A stretch of DNA of 64,000 nt from an uncultured Phycisphaerales bacterium (lineage in GTDB: Bacteria > Planctomycetota > Phycisphaerae > Tepidisphaerales > Tepidisphaeraceae): the NCBI GenBank assembly GCA_963758525.1, contig CAVWVQ010000003.1, positions 2,464,001 to 2,528,000 of the forward strand. The letters run 5' to 3'. Every line of letters starts with the position of its first letter. Position 1 is the first letter of the stretch. A program made the position numbers and the translations under genes. Positions 1-8,381 of this stretch are shown here, one piece after another. The notes beneath the pieces are model-generated. The model was not told the origin of the DNA and did not search any database. It saw only the letters and a list, made by a program, of their open reading frames with translations.

Positions 1-569
1 TTGCCTTCAAGGCTTTCCAACAATCCGGTTTCCTCGCCGCAGATATAGGCGCCCGCGCCGCGGTGCACGAAACATTCGAGCTTGTAGTCGCTGCCGAGCA
101 TCCCCCGCTGGCCGAAAATTCCCTTCTCATACGCCTCGGCGATCGCGCGCTCAAGCACCTTCGCCTGATGGTGGTACTCGCCGCGGATGTAGACGTAGGC
201 AATGTCGCACTGGGTCGCCCGGCTGGCAATCGCGATACCTTCGAGCATGGAATGCGGATCGAAATCAATGAGATACCGATCCTTAAAGGTGCCCGGCTCG
301 GATTCGTCTGCATTGACCGCAAGGTAATGCGGGCCCTTCTTTTCCTTGGGAATGAACGACCACTTCTGCCCGGCACTGAAACCCGCCCCGCCGCGGCCGC
401 GCAGGCCGCTGTCGATCATCAGCTTGATGATCGCTTCGGGCGACATCTCCAGCGATTTCTTCAGCGCGGCATACCCACCGGTCGCGACGTAGTCGTCGTA
501 CCAGTGGACCTTCCGTTTTGCGGGATCGGCATCAATTCGCTTGGTGAGGACCGGTTCGGTGAAAGCCAT
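1..569 (-). CDS. nuoF: NADH-quinone oxidoreductase subunit F (5' part, runs off the window)
   Basis: Manual minus-strand translation (not in the ORF track): MAFTEPVLTKR...SGLRGRGGAGF...NADESEPGTFKDR...YIRGEY...GAGAYICGEETGLLESLEG, the FMN/NADH-binding motifs of NuoF. Confidence 0.96.
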   Translation of the reverse strand, partial: MAFTEPVLTKRIDADPAKRKVHWYDDYVATGGYAALKKSLEMSPEAIIKLMIDSGLRGRGGAGFSAGQKWSFIPKEKKGPHYLAVNADESEPGTFKDRYLIDFDPHSMLEGIAIASRATQCDIAYVYIRGEYHHQAKVLERAIAEAYEKGIFGQRGMLGSDYKLECFVHRGAGAYICGEETGLLESLEG

Positions 570-621
570 AATTGTCTCAGTTCGTCTCTATTGTTGACGC
601 CGCTGATCAAGGTTGCTGCCC

Positions 622-732
622 CGTGGCATGGGCGTCTCGCCCATGTTAGCGGCACGGAGCTTCAAAAAAGCCCTTGCTATCCCAAGTTTTCGACTCCCGC
701 GTCGCCAACACGGGCGGGACGCCCGTCCAACG
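622..732. repeat. REP-like palindromic doublet (GTGGCAYGGGCGTCYCGCCC family)
   Basis: CGTGGCATGGGCGTCTCGCCCATG ... CACGGGCGGGACGCCCGT inverted pair; related copies at 25851 and 30661. Confidence 0.8.
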
Positions 733-785
733 CGCAGAGACTCACTACTTCTTCAATCGTGGCAGATAATTCTCACCACTGGGCG

Positions 786-1001
786 CTAACTTTCAATCTT
801 CTTCTTCGGAGCCACGATCACTTCGTCGATCACGGTTCGCCGGAGTGTAACGCCTGGCTGATTGGGAATCTGCTGCTCTTGAACGCGATTGTCGCGATAT
901 ATCGTCTTTGGGCCGCCGGGATCCGTGTCGATGGCCTTTTTCACGTGTCCGACCTGCCGGCCCAGCCAGCCCCAAAGACCTTTGCCGCGCGGAGTGCTCA
1001 T
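786..1001 (-). CDS. small hypothetical protein (71 aa)
   Basis: MSTPRGKGLWGWLGRQVGHVKK...; its ATG overlaps the upstream stop (ATGA coupling at 998-1001). Confidence 0.7.
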   Translation of the reverse strand: MSTPRGKGLWGWLGRQVGHVKKAIDTDPGGPKTIYRDNRVQEQQIPNQPGVTLRRTVIDEVIVAPKKKIES

Positions 1002-1279
1002 GGGTGATCGCTGGGTTCGATGCCGAATTCTTTTTGCGCCAACCGCAGCGCGTCTTCGCGGGACACATGCCAGGTGTCGCCGACGAACCCGCCGTCGGCG
1101 TCCATGCGATAGAAGACCCAGCTTCCCGCCTGCTCTTCGATGACCAGCCGCGAAACCATGCCGCTCTGCGGGCGAACGCCCACGCCGCGGATCGAGCCGA
1201 GATTCATTGCCGCGTGCGGCAGGCAATCATTGCTCGCCGGCATCGGCTTTTTCAACAGGATGCTGATTTTGCCCGGCAT
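998..1279 (-). CDS. small hypothetical protein with a GDTWH...A..EFG motif
   Basis: MPGKISILL...FVGDTWHVSREDALRLAQKEFG; starts 1 nt after the stop of the phosphatase gene. Confidence 0.7.
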   Translation of the reverse strand: MPGKISILLKKPMPASNDCLPHAAMNLGSIRGVGVRPQSGMVSRLVIEEQAGSWVFYRMDADGGFVGDTWHVSREDALRLAQKEFGIEPSDHP

Positions 1280-1280
1280 T

Positions 1281-1871
1281 TTATTTCTTCGGCAAATTGC
1301 CGATGGTGCGCGTCTGCGGGTCGTAGTTGTCAATAAACAGCTTGATGTCGTTGATGGTATCGTCGCTGTGCCCAAAACTCAGAATTGCGTCCTTGGCCTT
1401 TGCTTTGTCGTATCCCATCACCGATTCCTGATACGCCGCGACAAACATCGCCGTCCGCCGAACCCCCTGCGCACAGTGCAGAAGCACTGGCTGACTCGAC
1501 GGGGTCTGGGCGATCTTGAGAAACGCCTGAATATCGTCGCTGGTCGGCCAGCCGCCAAGCTTCACCGCAATCCGCTGATACTGAACTCCTCTGCCCGCGA
1601 GATATGCCGGCTCCATCCCAAATTGAGGTTTCTTCGGATCTTTCAGCTCAGTGTCATCGATGAGGCTCACCACCGTGTTAGCCTTTACCTTTTCTACGGC
1701 AGCGCCCAACTCCTGAATCGAGCGGGCTCCGTCGCGATACAGCACGCCCGGCTGAACCGTCGCCAGGTGATAGGTGCTGATGTGAAGATGCACCGCTATC
1801 GCCAGGCCCGTTCCGACGATCAGAACACCAATTAACGCGACAAACCGCTTGCGCGTGTCTTTGCTGATCAC
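1281..1871 (-). CDS. membrane-anchored tyrosine/dual-specificity phosphatase family protein
   Basis: N-terminal hydrophobic helix; CX5R P-loop LLHCAQGVRRT. Confidence 0.85.
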   Translation of the reverse strand: MISKDTRKRFVALIGVLIVGTGLAIAVHLHISTYHLATVQPGVLYRDGARSIQELGAAVEKVKANTVVSLIDDTELKDPKKPQFGMEPAYLAGRGVQYQRIAVKLGGWPTSDDIQAFLKIAQTPSSQPVLLHCAQGVRRTAMFVAAYQESVMGYDKAKAKDAILSFGHSDDTINDIKLFIDNYDPQTRTIGNLPKK

Positions 1872-1878
1872 TTGGTCG

Positions 1879-2457
1879 CTAATGCTTTTCCTCGTCCCAG
1901 GTGATGGTGGGGTCCTTGAAGTCGTGCGCCTCTTCCGGGAGCTTTTCGATAAGCTCGTCGATCATCTGGACGGTTACGTCTTCGTAAAGCACTTCATTGC
2001 ACAAAACCGCCGGAGCCGTCCCGCAGGAGCCGAGGCACTCGAGCTCGACCAGCGTGAACCGTCCGTCGGCGGTGGTTTCGCCGAGTTCCAGACCCAGTTT
2101 CTCCTGAAGATGCGCGGTAATCTCGCGCGACCCGCAAATCTCGCAGGAGAGCGACCGGCACACCTGCAGGAGATACTTTCCCTTCGGCTTCAGCCAGTAT
2201 TCCTCGTAGAAGGTCGCCGTATCAAGCACCTCCGCCGGCGAAAGCTCCAGAAACGATGCGATCTCTTCCATCGCCTGCATGGGAATCCAGTTGTAAGCAT
2301 GCTGCACCGCGTGCAGCGCCGGCAGCAGGACCGCGCGCTTCGTCGGATAGCGCGGGAAATACTTGCTCGAGAGCGTGTGCTTGATCTCATCGGTCAGATA
2401 TGGCTCATCTCGTTTTTCAACGACAGCCGTCCGGCGGTTTTCGGTAATCCAGGCCAT
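1879..2457 (-). CDS. nuoE: NADH-quinone oxidoreductase subunit E
   Basis: 2Fe-2S ligands CRSLSC...CLGSC; LLPALHAVQ; start MAWITENRR. Confidence 0.95.
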   Translation of the reverse strand: MAWITENRRTAVVEKRDEPYLTDEIKHTLSSKYFPRYPTKRAVLLPALHAVQHAYNWIPMQAMEEIASFLELSPAEVLDTATFYEEYWLKPKGKYLLQVCRSLSCEICGSREITAHLQEKLGLELGETTADGRFTLVELECLGSCGTAPAVLCNEVLYEDVTVQMIDELIEKLPEEAHDFKDPTITWDEEKH

Positions 2458-2468
2458 AGCGACGAATC

Positions 2469-2804
2469 CTAATCGATTTCCACCAGCGGCTCTCCCCTTC
2501 GCAGAAGATCGAGCGCATCCGGAAAAGCTTTCACCAACCGTGCCTGCAACAACAACGTCGGCAGGTTTCCGATATTGAGCCAAAGTATCTGTGGTGGATG
2601 ACCTCGACGCTCCACCAGTTCTACGAAATCGTAATCCTTTGTCACGATGACGATTTGTCCAAAACGACTTCCGGCTTCAAAAAGGTCCAAATCTTCGGCG
2701 TTCCGAAGCCCAATTTCATCCAGTGACTTAGCAGCAACATCGAATTTCGTTGCAAGCCAGGAGGCCAGCGCGGGATCTAAATGTGCATCCAGCCAGAAGG
2801 TCAC
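2469..2804 (-). CDS. DUF5615 PIN-like toxin
   Basis: FWLDAHL, GLRNAEDLDL and IVTKDYDF acidic PIN motifs; coupled to the DUF433 gene. Confidence 0.88.
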   Translation of the reverse strand: MTFWLDAHLDPALASWLATKFDVAAKSLDEIGLRNAEDLDLFEAGSRFGQIVIVTKDYDFVELVERRGHPPQILWLNIGNLPTLLLQARLVKAFPDALDLLRRGEPLVEID

Positions 2805-3025
2805 ACAACTCCCAGCGTCGGATGAGAGACGCGCTTGGCGGCGAACTCCAGGCACGCACGCACATCTTCCACCTCGACGTACGGAAGCTGAACCGTGATC
2901 TCCTGCGGAGTCATGCCTTCAGCGAGCAATTCCAGCACATCCTGCACGCGAACACGCATCCCGCGAATACACGGCTTGCCGCCGCACTGCCTGGGGTTGA
3001 ACGTAATGCGTTCAAGGCGATTCAT
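2801..3025 (-). CDS. DUF433 antitoxin
   Basis: RITFNPRQCGGKPCIRGMRVRV signature. Confidence 0.93.
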   Translation of the reverse strand: MNRLERITFNPRQCGGKPCIRGMRVRVQDVLELLAEGMTPQEITVQLPYVEVEDVRACLEFAAKRVSHPTLGVV

Positions 3026-3041
3026 GATGGCTCACCAGATT

Positions 3042-4310
3042 TTACCGATCCAATTCCGCCGCGATCACATTAATGCTTCCCAGTACCGCAACAACGTCGC
3101 TAATCATGTGCCCTTCAATCAACTTCGGGAACACTTGATAATTAATGAAAATGCACGGCCGGGTGCGGGCGCGCCACGGCACATTTTCGCCGGCGCTGAC
3201 GATGTAATATCCTAGCTCGCCGTTGGCGCTTTCGATGCAGCCGTACACCTCGCCCTTGGGCGCGGCAAATCCGCGGTTGGTCATGATCAGCTCGAAGTGC
3301 TGAATCAACCCTTCAATACTGCTGTACACCTGCTCCTTGGGCGGAAGCACTTCCTTGCCTTCGGGGCTGACGTTCACCGGGCCGCCCGGAATGTTGTCGA
3401 TGAGTTGGCGGATGATGTGCAGGCTCTGCTTCACTTCCTCCAGCCGGACCAGATAGCGGGCGTAGACGTCGCCGGTGGTCATCACCGGCACTTGGAAATT
3501 GACCGCCGGGGTCCCCTGCCCGTCCCAATTGTCCGCGTAACAGAGATATGGCTCATCCTTGCGGATATCGCGACGCACGCCGGATGCCCGCGCCATTGGG
3601 CCGGTGATGCTCCATGAGATCGCCTCTTCGCGGGTCAGAACCCCCACGCCCTTGGTGCGATCGACGAAGATCCGATTCTTATTGAGCAATTTTTCGACAT
3701 CCTCGGAAGCCCGCGGCATTGCATTGTCGACGAAGTCTTTGACCATCCGCTTGAACAACGGCTCATCGGGAAGGTCCATGTTCAACCCCCCTACCCGCGT
3801 CCAACTGGTGTGGAAACGCTGCCCGCTCATCAGCTCGACGATATCGTAGATTTTTTCGCGCTCATTGAAGCCGTACAGGAACGCCGTGAAAGCTCCAAGA
3901 TCCAGCCCAGCAGCGCCGATGCAGAGCAAATGGCTCTGAATCCGCCCCAGTTCGTTGGCAATCGTCCGCAGCACCTTGCATCGCGGCGTCAGCTCGATCC
4001 CCATCAGCTTTTCAGTGGCGTGATGCCAGGCCAATTCGTTGTAGATTGGCGCGGAATAATCCATCCGGTCGACGATCGTGACATATTGATTGTAATTGAG
4101 GTGTTCGCCGAGCTTCTCGAAGCCGCTGTGAAGATAGCCGATATGCGGGATGCACTTGACGATGCGCTCCCCATCGAGCTCCAGGACGATGCGCAGGGTG
4201 GTATGAGTCGCCGGATGCTGGGGTCCGAAATTCAGCGTCCAGCGGTTTTCGCCGTCAGTTTCCACTTCCGGCGTGTCGTCGTCGATGACTGGTGACAATG
4301 TATAGGGCAT
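3042..4310 (-). CDS. nuoD: NADH-quinone oxidoreductase subunit D
   Basis: LNFGPQHPATH, GYLHSGFEK, DRMDY, C-terminal AELDR. Confidence 0.97.
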   Translation of the reverse strand: MPYTLSPVIDDDTPEVETDGENRWTLNFGPQHPATHTTLRIVLELDGERIVKCIPHIGYLHSGFEKLGEHLNYNQYVTIVDRMDYSAPIYNELAWHHATEKLMGIELTPRCKVLRTIANELGRIQSHLLCIGAAGLDLGAFTAFLYGFNEREKIYDIVELMSGQRFHTSWTRVGGLNMDLPDEPLFKRMVKDFVDNAMPRASEDVEKLLNKNRIFVDRTKGVGVLTREEAISWSITGPMARASGVRRDIRKDEPYLCYADNWDGQGTPAVNFQVPVMTTGDVYARYLVRLEEVKQSLHIIRQLIDNIPGGPVNVSPEGKEVLPPKEQVYSSIEGLIQHFELIMTNRGFAAPKGEVYGCIESANGELGYYIVSAGENVPWRARTRPCIFINYQVFPKLIEGHMISDVVAVLGSINVIAAELDR

Positions 4311-4367
4311 ATCCGCAAATCCTTCACTACGCAGGCTCCGCGCAGACCCGCGGCGCCGGCGACGCGG

Positions 4368-4427
4368 ATTATACCGGCCATGCGGCGTCTCGCCAGCGAG
4401 TGCGAGAAATGCAGGCGCGAGAAATGC
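4368..4427 (-). promoter_or_regulatory. putative nuoD promoter: -10 TATAAT plus an upstream direct repeat
   Basis: Perfect TATAAT on minus at 4368-4373; GCGAGAAATGC occurs twice (4402, 4417); -35 is weak. Confidence 0.4.
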
Positions 4428-4599
4428 CTGGACGAGCGGCGCGATAGTCCTCTGGCCTTTCCGGCGCGGATGAGTTCTCGTCGGACTTCTTAGTCAGCAA
4501 TCGCTGGCACAATGATTTGCGAGCCTGCGGCGATTTGAGAAGCGAGTCACCGGCGGCAGGCTTCTGCCTCTTGGTTGTCTTCGCGATGAGTGGCTGATG

Positions 4600-5787
4600 T
4601 TACGCCGCCGGGCGCTGCTGCGATGGACCTGACGTCCGAGCGGCGTCGGGAGTTGCGGGAGGCTCGTCTTCACGTAGCTGCCGGTGGATGTCCACGATGC
4701 GATCGAGGCTGCGAACCAGTGCGTTGACAACGTTCGGGTCGAACTGCGTGCCGGAGCCATCGACGATAATCTTCAGCGCCGCGTCGACTTCCATCGCCGC
4801 CTTGTAGGGTCGCTTGTTGGTCAGTGCGTCGAAGACGTCGGCAACAGAGACAATCCGGCCCGCGAGCGGAATCGCCTCGCCCGCAATGCCGTTGGGGTAG
4901 CCACGGCCGTCCCACCGCTCGTGGTGGGTTGTAATGATCGTTTGCACCAGGGCCAGGAGCGGTTGAGAACCCAGGGATGGTGACTCGACGGCGACTTCAT
5001 CGTGGGTTCGGACCGCCTGCCATTCTTCATCGGTGAGCGGCCGGGCGATCCGTGCGCCGGTCATGCAATGTCGCTGCATGAGCGCGAACTCCTCGCTCGT
5101 CAGCTTGCCGGGTTTGTTGAGGATGGCATCGGGCACCCCGATTTTGCCAACGTCGTGCAGTTGCGCGGCGAGCCCGATCAAACGGGCGTCGCTCTCGCTG
5201 CAGCCCACTTCGCGCGCCAGCACGCCGGCGTACCTGCCGACGCGAAGCACGTGCTGCCCGGTGGTGTCATCGCGTAGCTCGCCGGCTCGGGCCAGGCAAT
5301 AGATCACCTGCAGATTCGACGCCTCGAGTTCTGCCGTGCGAATTTGCACCTGGCGCTCGAGTTCCTGCGCGTAATGCGCCAGATGATCGTGGTGCGCCTT
5401 AACGATCAGGGCGTTGCGCAGTCGCGGGATGAGGTCATTGGGATCGACGGGTTTGGCGAGAAAGTCAGTGGCGCCTGCATCGAGGCATTTCAGCTTGGTC
5501 TGGGCATCGGTTGAGGCTGTGAGGATGAGTACCGGCAGGTGCCGCAGTTGGTGCGTTGCGCGGATGGACTGGAGAATCTGGATGCCATCGATCTTTGGCA
5601 TCATGACGTCCAATAAAACGACGTCGGGTGATTGCTCGGTGATCAAAGCGATCGCAGCCGTTGAATCCGTGGTTGAAACGAAGTCGCTGTAGCCAGCGCC
5701 CTGGAGATGCTTGCGAACGACCTTGATGTTGATCGATTCGTCATCGACGATCGCAATCCGGGCTGATTTGTGGTCGTTTGCAACCAT
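4600..5787 (-). CDS. response regulator with HD-GYP c-di-GMP phosphodiesterase domain (RpfG-like)
   Basis: REC domain (VDD, LLDVMMP, AKP) plus LHDVGKIG and HHERWDGRGYP. Confidence 0.95.
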   Translation of the reverse strand: MVANDHKSARIAIVDDESINIKVVRKHLQGAGYSDFVSTTDSTAAIALITEQSPDVVLLDVMMPKIDGIQILQSIRATHQLRHLPVLILTASTDAQTKLKCLDAGATDFLAKPVDPNDLIPRLRNALIVKAHHDHLAHYAQELERQVQIRTAELEASNLQVIYCLARAGELRDDTTGQHVLRVGRYAGVLAREVGCSESDARLIGLAAQLHDVGKIGVPDAILNKPGKLTSEEFALMQRHCMTGARIARPLTDEEWQAVRTHDEVAVESPSLGSQPLLALVQTIITTHHERWDGRGYPNGIAGEAIPLAGRIVSVADVFDALTNKRPYKAAMEVDAALKIIVDGSGTQFDPNVVNALVRSLDRIVDIHRQLREDEPPATPDAARTSGPSQQRPAA

Positions 5788-5818
5788 CGTTAGACACCGA
5801 ATCAGCTGCCTGCAGGTG

Positions 5819-8362
5819 TCATTTGCTATCGGTCACTTGCTCGCGAGCCTTAAGGGTCGCGCCGGAAGGGGCGGTAATCCTGCCTGCCAGGCCCTGCAAA
5901 GCTGAGAGCGCTGCACCGATGTCATCAAGCTGCTTCTGCCGCGCCGCGTGCTCCAACTGCTTGGCGGGGCTGGTCAGCGCATCGAACCCAGCCGTTCCAC
6001 CGCACCCTTTCACCCAGTGCGCAAGGCGAGCGAGGTCTTCCAAATCACCCTTGGACCACGCCTCCTGAATGGCGCCGAGCTGCTCGCCAAGCCGCTCCAC
6101 GAACTCTTCGACAATCTCGCAGAAGTCCGGATCCTCAGTCGGCAGCGTGGAACAAATCCGGCTTTCGTCGGAAGTGATGCCGGATGTCATGGCGATATTG
6201 TGTTCGTCGCGTGACGGCAAACCCGCGGGCTTCTGTCCGACATATTCGCCGACCGTGCGGACCAGCAGATCCATGTCGATCGGCTTGGTGAGGAAGCCCG
6301 TGCAACCCGCGTTGCGGCATTTTTCCTCGTCGCCGCGCATCGCGTGGGCGGTGAGCGCGATGATAGGCGTTTGCAGCCCTTTGCTGCGCAGCAGCGTTGC
6401 AGCGGCATAGCCATCCATGACCGGCATCTGCATGTCCATCAGAATGACATCAAACGGCTCTGCCAAGGCCATGTCAGCGCCGATCTGCCCGTTCTCCGCC
6501 TGCAGGACGGTGACGCCGGCGCGTTGGAGCACCAGCGAAATCAACTTGCGATTGGAGACGCCGTCCTCGACGAGCAGCACCCGAGCCGGCGGCAGATGAA
6601 GCTCTGACCCGTCGGCGTGCCGGGCGCCCGCCAGCGACGCGCTGGCCTGGGCGGCGCTGAGCATCGGCACGTTGGCAAGCGGGCCGGTCCCGATGATGAC
6701 ACTGAAGGTGCTTCCCGTGCCATAGACGCTGGCAACCTGAATCGATCCGCCCAATGCCTCAGCGATCTGCTGGCTGATCGACAGACCCAGGCCCGTGCCG
6801 CCGAATCGGCGGGTGATGGACGTGTCCGCCTGCGCGAACGGCTGGAAGATGCGATTCAACACTTCCGGCTTCATGCCGATGCCGCTGTCGATCACATCGA
6901 GCTTGAGCTTGGGCGTCGTCGACGTTGCATCGAGAACCGACGCGACTACTCGGACCGCCCCCGTCTCGGTGAACTTGATCGCGTTGCCGATCAGGTTGGT
7001 CAACACTTGGCGCAGGCGGGTCGGATCGGTTTCGATCGACTCCGGGATCGGACCCTCCCAACTGGTTTCAAGTCCAATCCCTTTCTGACGCGCGCGCACG
7101 GAGAGCACGTTGGCAATCTCCGCGATCAGCTTGTGCGGCGCGCAGCGGCTCAGCTCGATCTCCAGCTTGCCGGCCTCGATCTTGGAAAGATCCAGCACGT
7201 CGTTGATCAGTTCCAGAAGATGCTGGCCGCTGGAATGGATCGTCTCAAGATATTCCTGCCGCTCCGTTTCGTTTTCCTCATATCCGCGGCGAAGCACCTC
7301 GGCGAATCCGAGGATGGCGTTCATCGGCGTGCGAATCTCGTGGCTCATGCGCGCCAGGAATTCGCTCTTGGCCCGGTTCGCGGATTCGGCCACGTCCTTC
7401 GATTTGCGCAGCTCGACTTCCTTCTGCTCCAGCACGGTGACGTCGTCGAAGCTGGCCAGAACTCCCCGGTATTCCCCTTCGCCACCCTGGATCGGGGAGC
7501 AGTTGACGGAAAACGTGTGCCAGTTCGATTGCGCATTGCGCAGCCGCATGATCGAGCCACGTTGCGTCGCGCCCTCGCTCATCGCCTTGCGCCAGGGCGC
7601 CGTCTGCGCCGCTGCGTCGCCGCCCTCCTGCCAGGGGAGCGACGAAACCGGCGTTGCCAGCAGCTCGCTGGCAGGCTTTCCCAGCAGATCCGCGAAAGCC
7701 TGGTTGGCGAGCACGATGCGCTCCTCGTTGTCGATGACGAGCAGGCCTTCCGCAAGTGTGTCGAGCGCCGTTCGCACGCGGGGCGGGACCGCCTTGGATG
7801 GATCCAGGTGCTGCAGCATTTTCCGCAGATAGAACATGAAGGCCATCATGGACAGGGACAACACGAAGAGAATCAGCCGGATAGGCGGCGAGCTGATCAG
7901 GCCCCAGATCCCGGAGCCTTGGATGGCGCGGAAATGCATCTCGACAACGCCCCACCGCTTCTCGTCCGCCCAGATGGGAACGTCGATGTTCTGATAGATT
8001 GCCAGCGCCCCGGCAGTACGCGCCGGCGTCCCGATCGCGGTGACCACGCGACCGTCAGCCTTGCGAATCGTGGCAGACGCAATGTCGGGATCGCGCTCGA
8101 CCATGGCGCGGAACGTCAGCGGCAACTGCTCTTCCGCGCCGCGGGCAACGTCCAGCGAGCAATGAACGGCGATCACTTCGCACAATTTGCCGCGACCGTC
8201 CATGATGGCCTGGGTCTCATTGGGAATGATCCCAAGCGACAGCGCGCCCAGCAGGATGCCGCCCAGCAGAAGGATTTGTCCAAGAACGATTCGGGCGCGT
8301 GCCGGCACTCGACCGGCCAGCGTCCGGAGCCATTCCAGGGGTGTCACGGTTTTGGAGCTCAT
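5819..8362 (-). CDS. membrane hybrid sensor histidine kinase (2TM-PAS-HisKA-HATPase-REC-Hpt)
   Basis: MSHEIRTPMN H-box, NAIKFT, DSGIG, GGTGLGL, REC ILMDMQMP, Hpt AHWVKG; start taken at MSSKTV to avoid overlapping the upstream gene. Confidence 0.95.
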   Translation of the reverse strand: MSSKTVTPLEWLRTLAGRVPARARIVLGQILLLGGILLGALSLGIIPNETQAIMDGRGKLCEVIAVHCSLDVARGAEEQLPLTFRAMVERDPDIASATIRKADGRVVTAIGTPARTAGALAIYQNIDVPIWADEKRWGVVEMHFRAIQGSGIWGLISSPPIRLILFVLSLSMMAFMFYLRKMLQHLDPSKAVPPRVRTALDTLAEGLLVIDNEERIVLANQAFADLLGKPASELLATPVSSLPWQEGGDAAAQTAPWRKAMSEGATQRGSIMRLRNAQSNWHTFSVNCSPIQGGEGEYRGVLASFDDVTVLEQKEVELRKSKDVAESANRAKSEFLARMSHEIRTPMNAILGFAEVLRRGYEENETERQEYLETIHSSGQHLLELINDVLDLSKIEAGKLEIELSRCAPHKLIAEIANVLSVRARQKGIGLETSWEGPIPESIETDPTRLRQVLTNLIGNAIKFTETGAVRVVASVLDATSTTPKLKLDVIDSGIGMKPEVLNRIFQPFAQADTSITRRFGGTGLGLSISQQIAEALGGSIQVASVYGTGSTFSVIIGTGPLANVPMLSAAQASASLAGARHADGSELHLPPARVLLVEDGVSNRKLISLVLQRAGVTVLQAENGQIGADMALAEPFDVILMDMQMPVMDGYAAATLLRSKGLQTPIIALTAHAMRGDEEKCRNAGCTGFLTKPIDMDLLVRTVGEYVGQKPAGLPSRDEHNIAMTSGITSDESRICSTLPTEDPDFCEIVEEFVERLGEQLGAIQEAWSKGDLEDLARLAHWVKGCGGTAGFDALTSPAKQLEHAARQKQLDDIGAALSALQGLAGRITAPSGATLKAREQVTDSK

Positions 8363-8381
8363 GGGAATTCCTGTCGAACGA

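Noticed and set aside
63..1007. 314-aa plus-strand ORF
   Set aside because: It is the antisense shadow of nuoF and the small minus-strand genes
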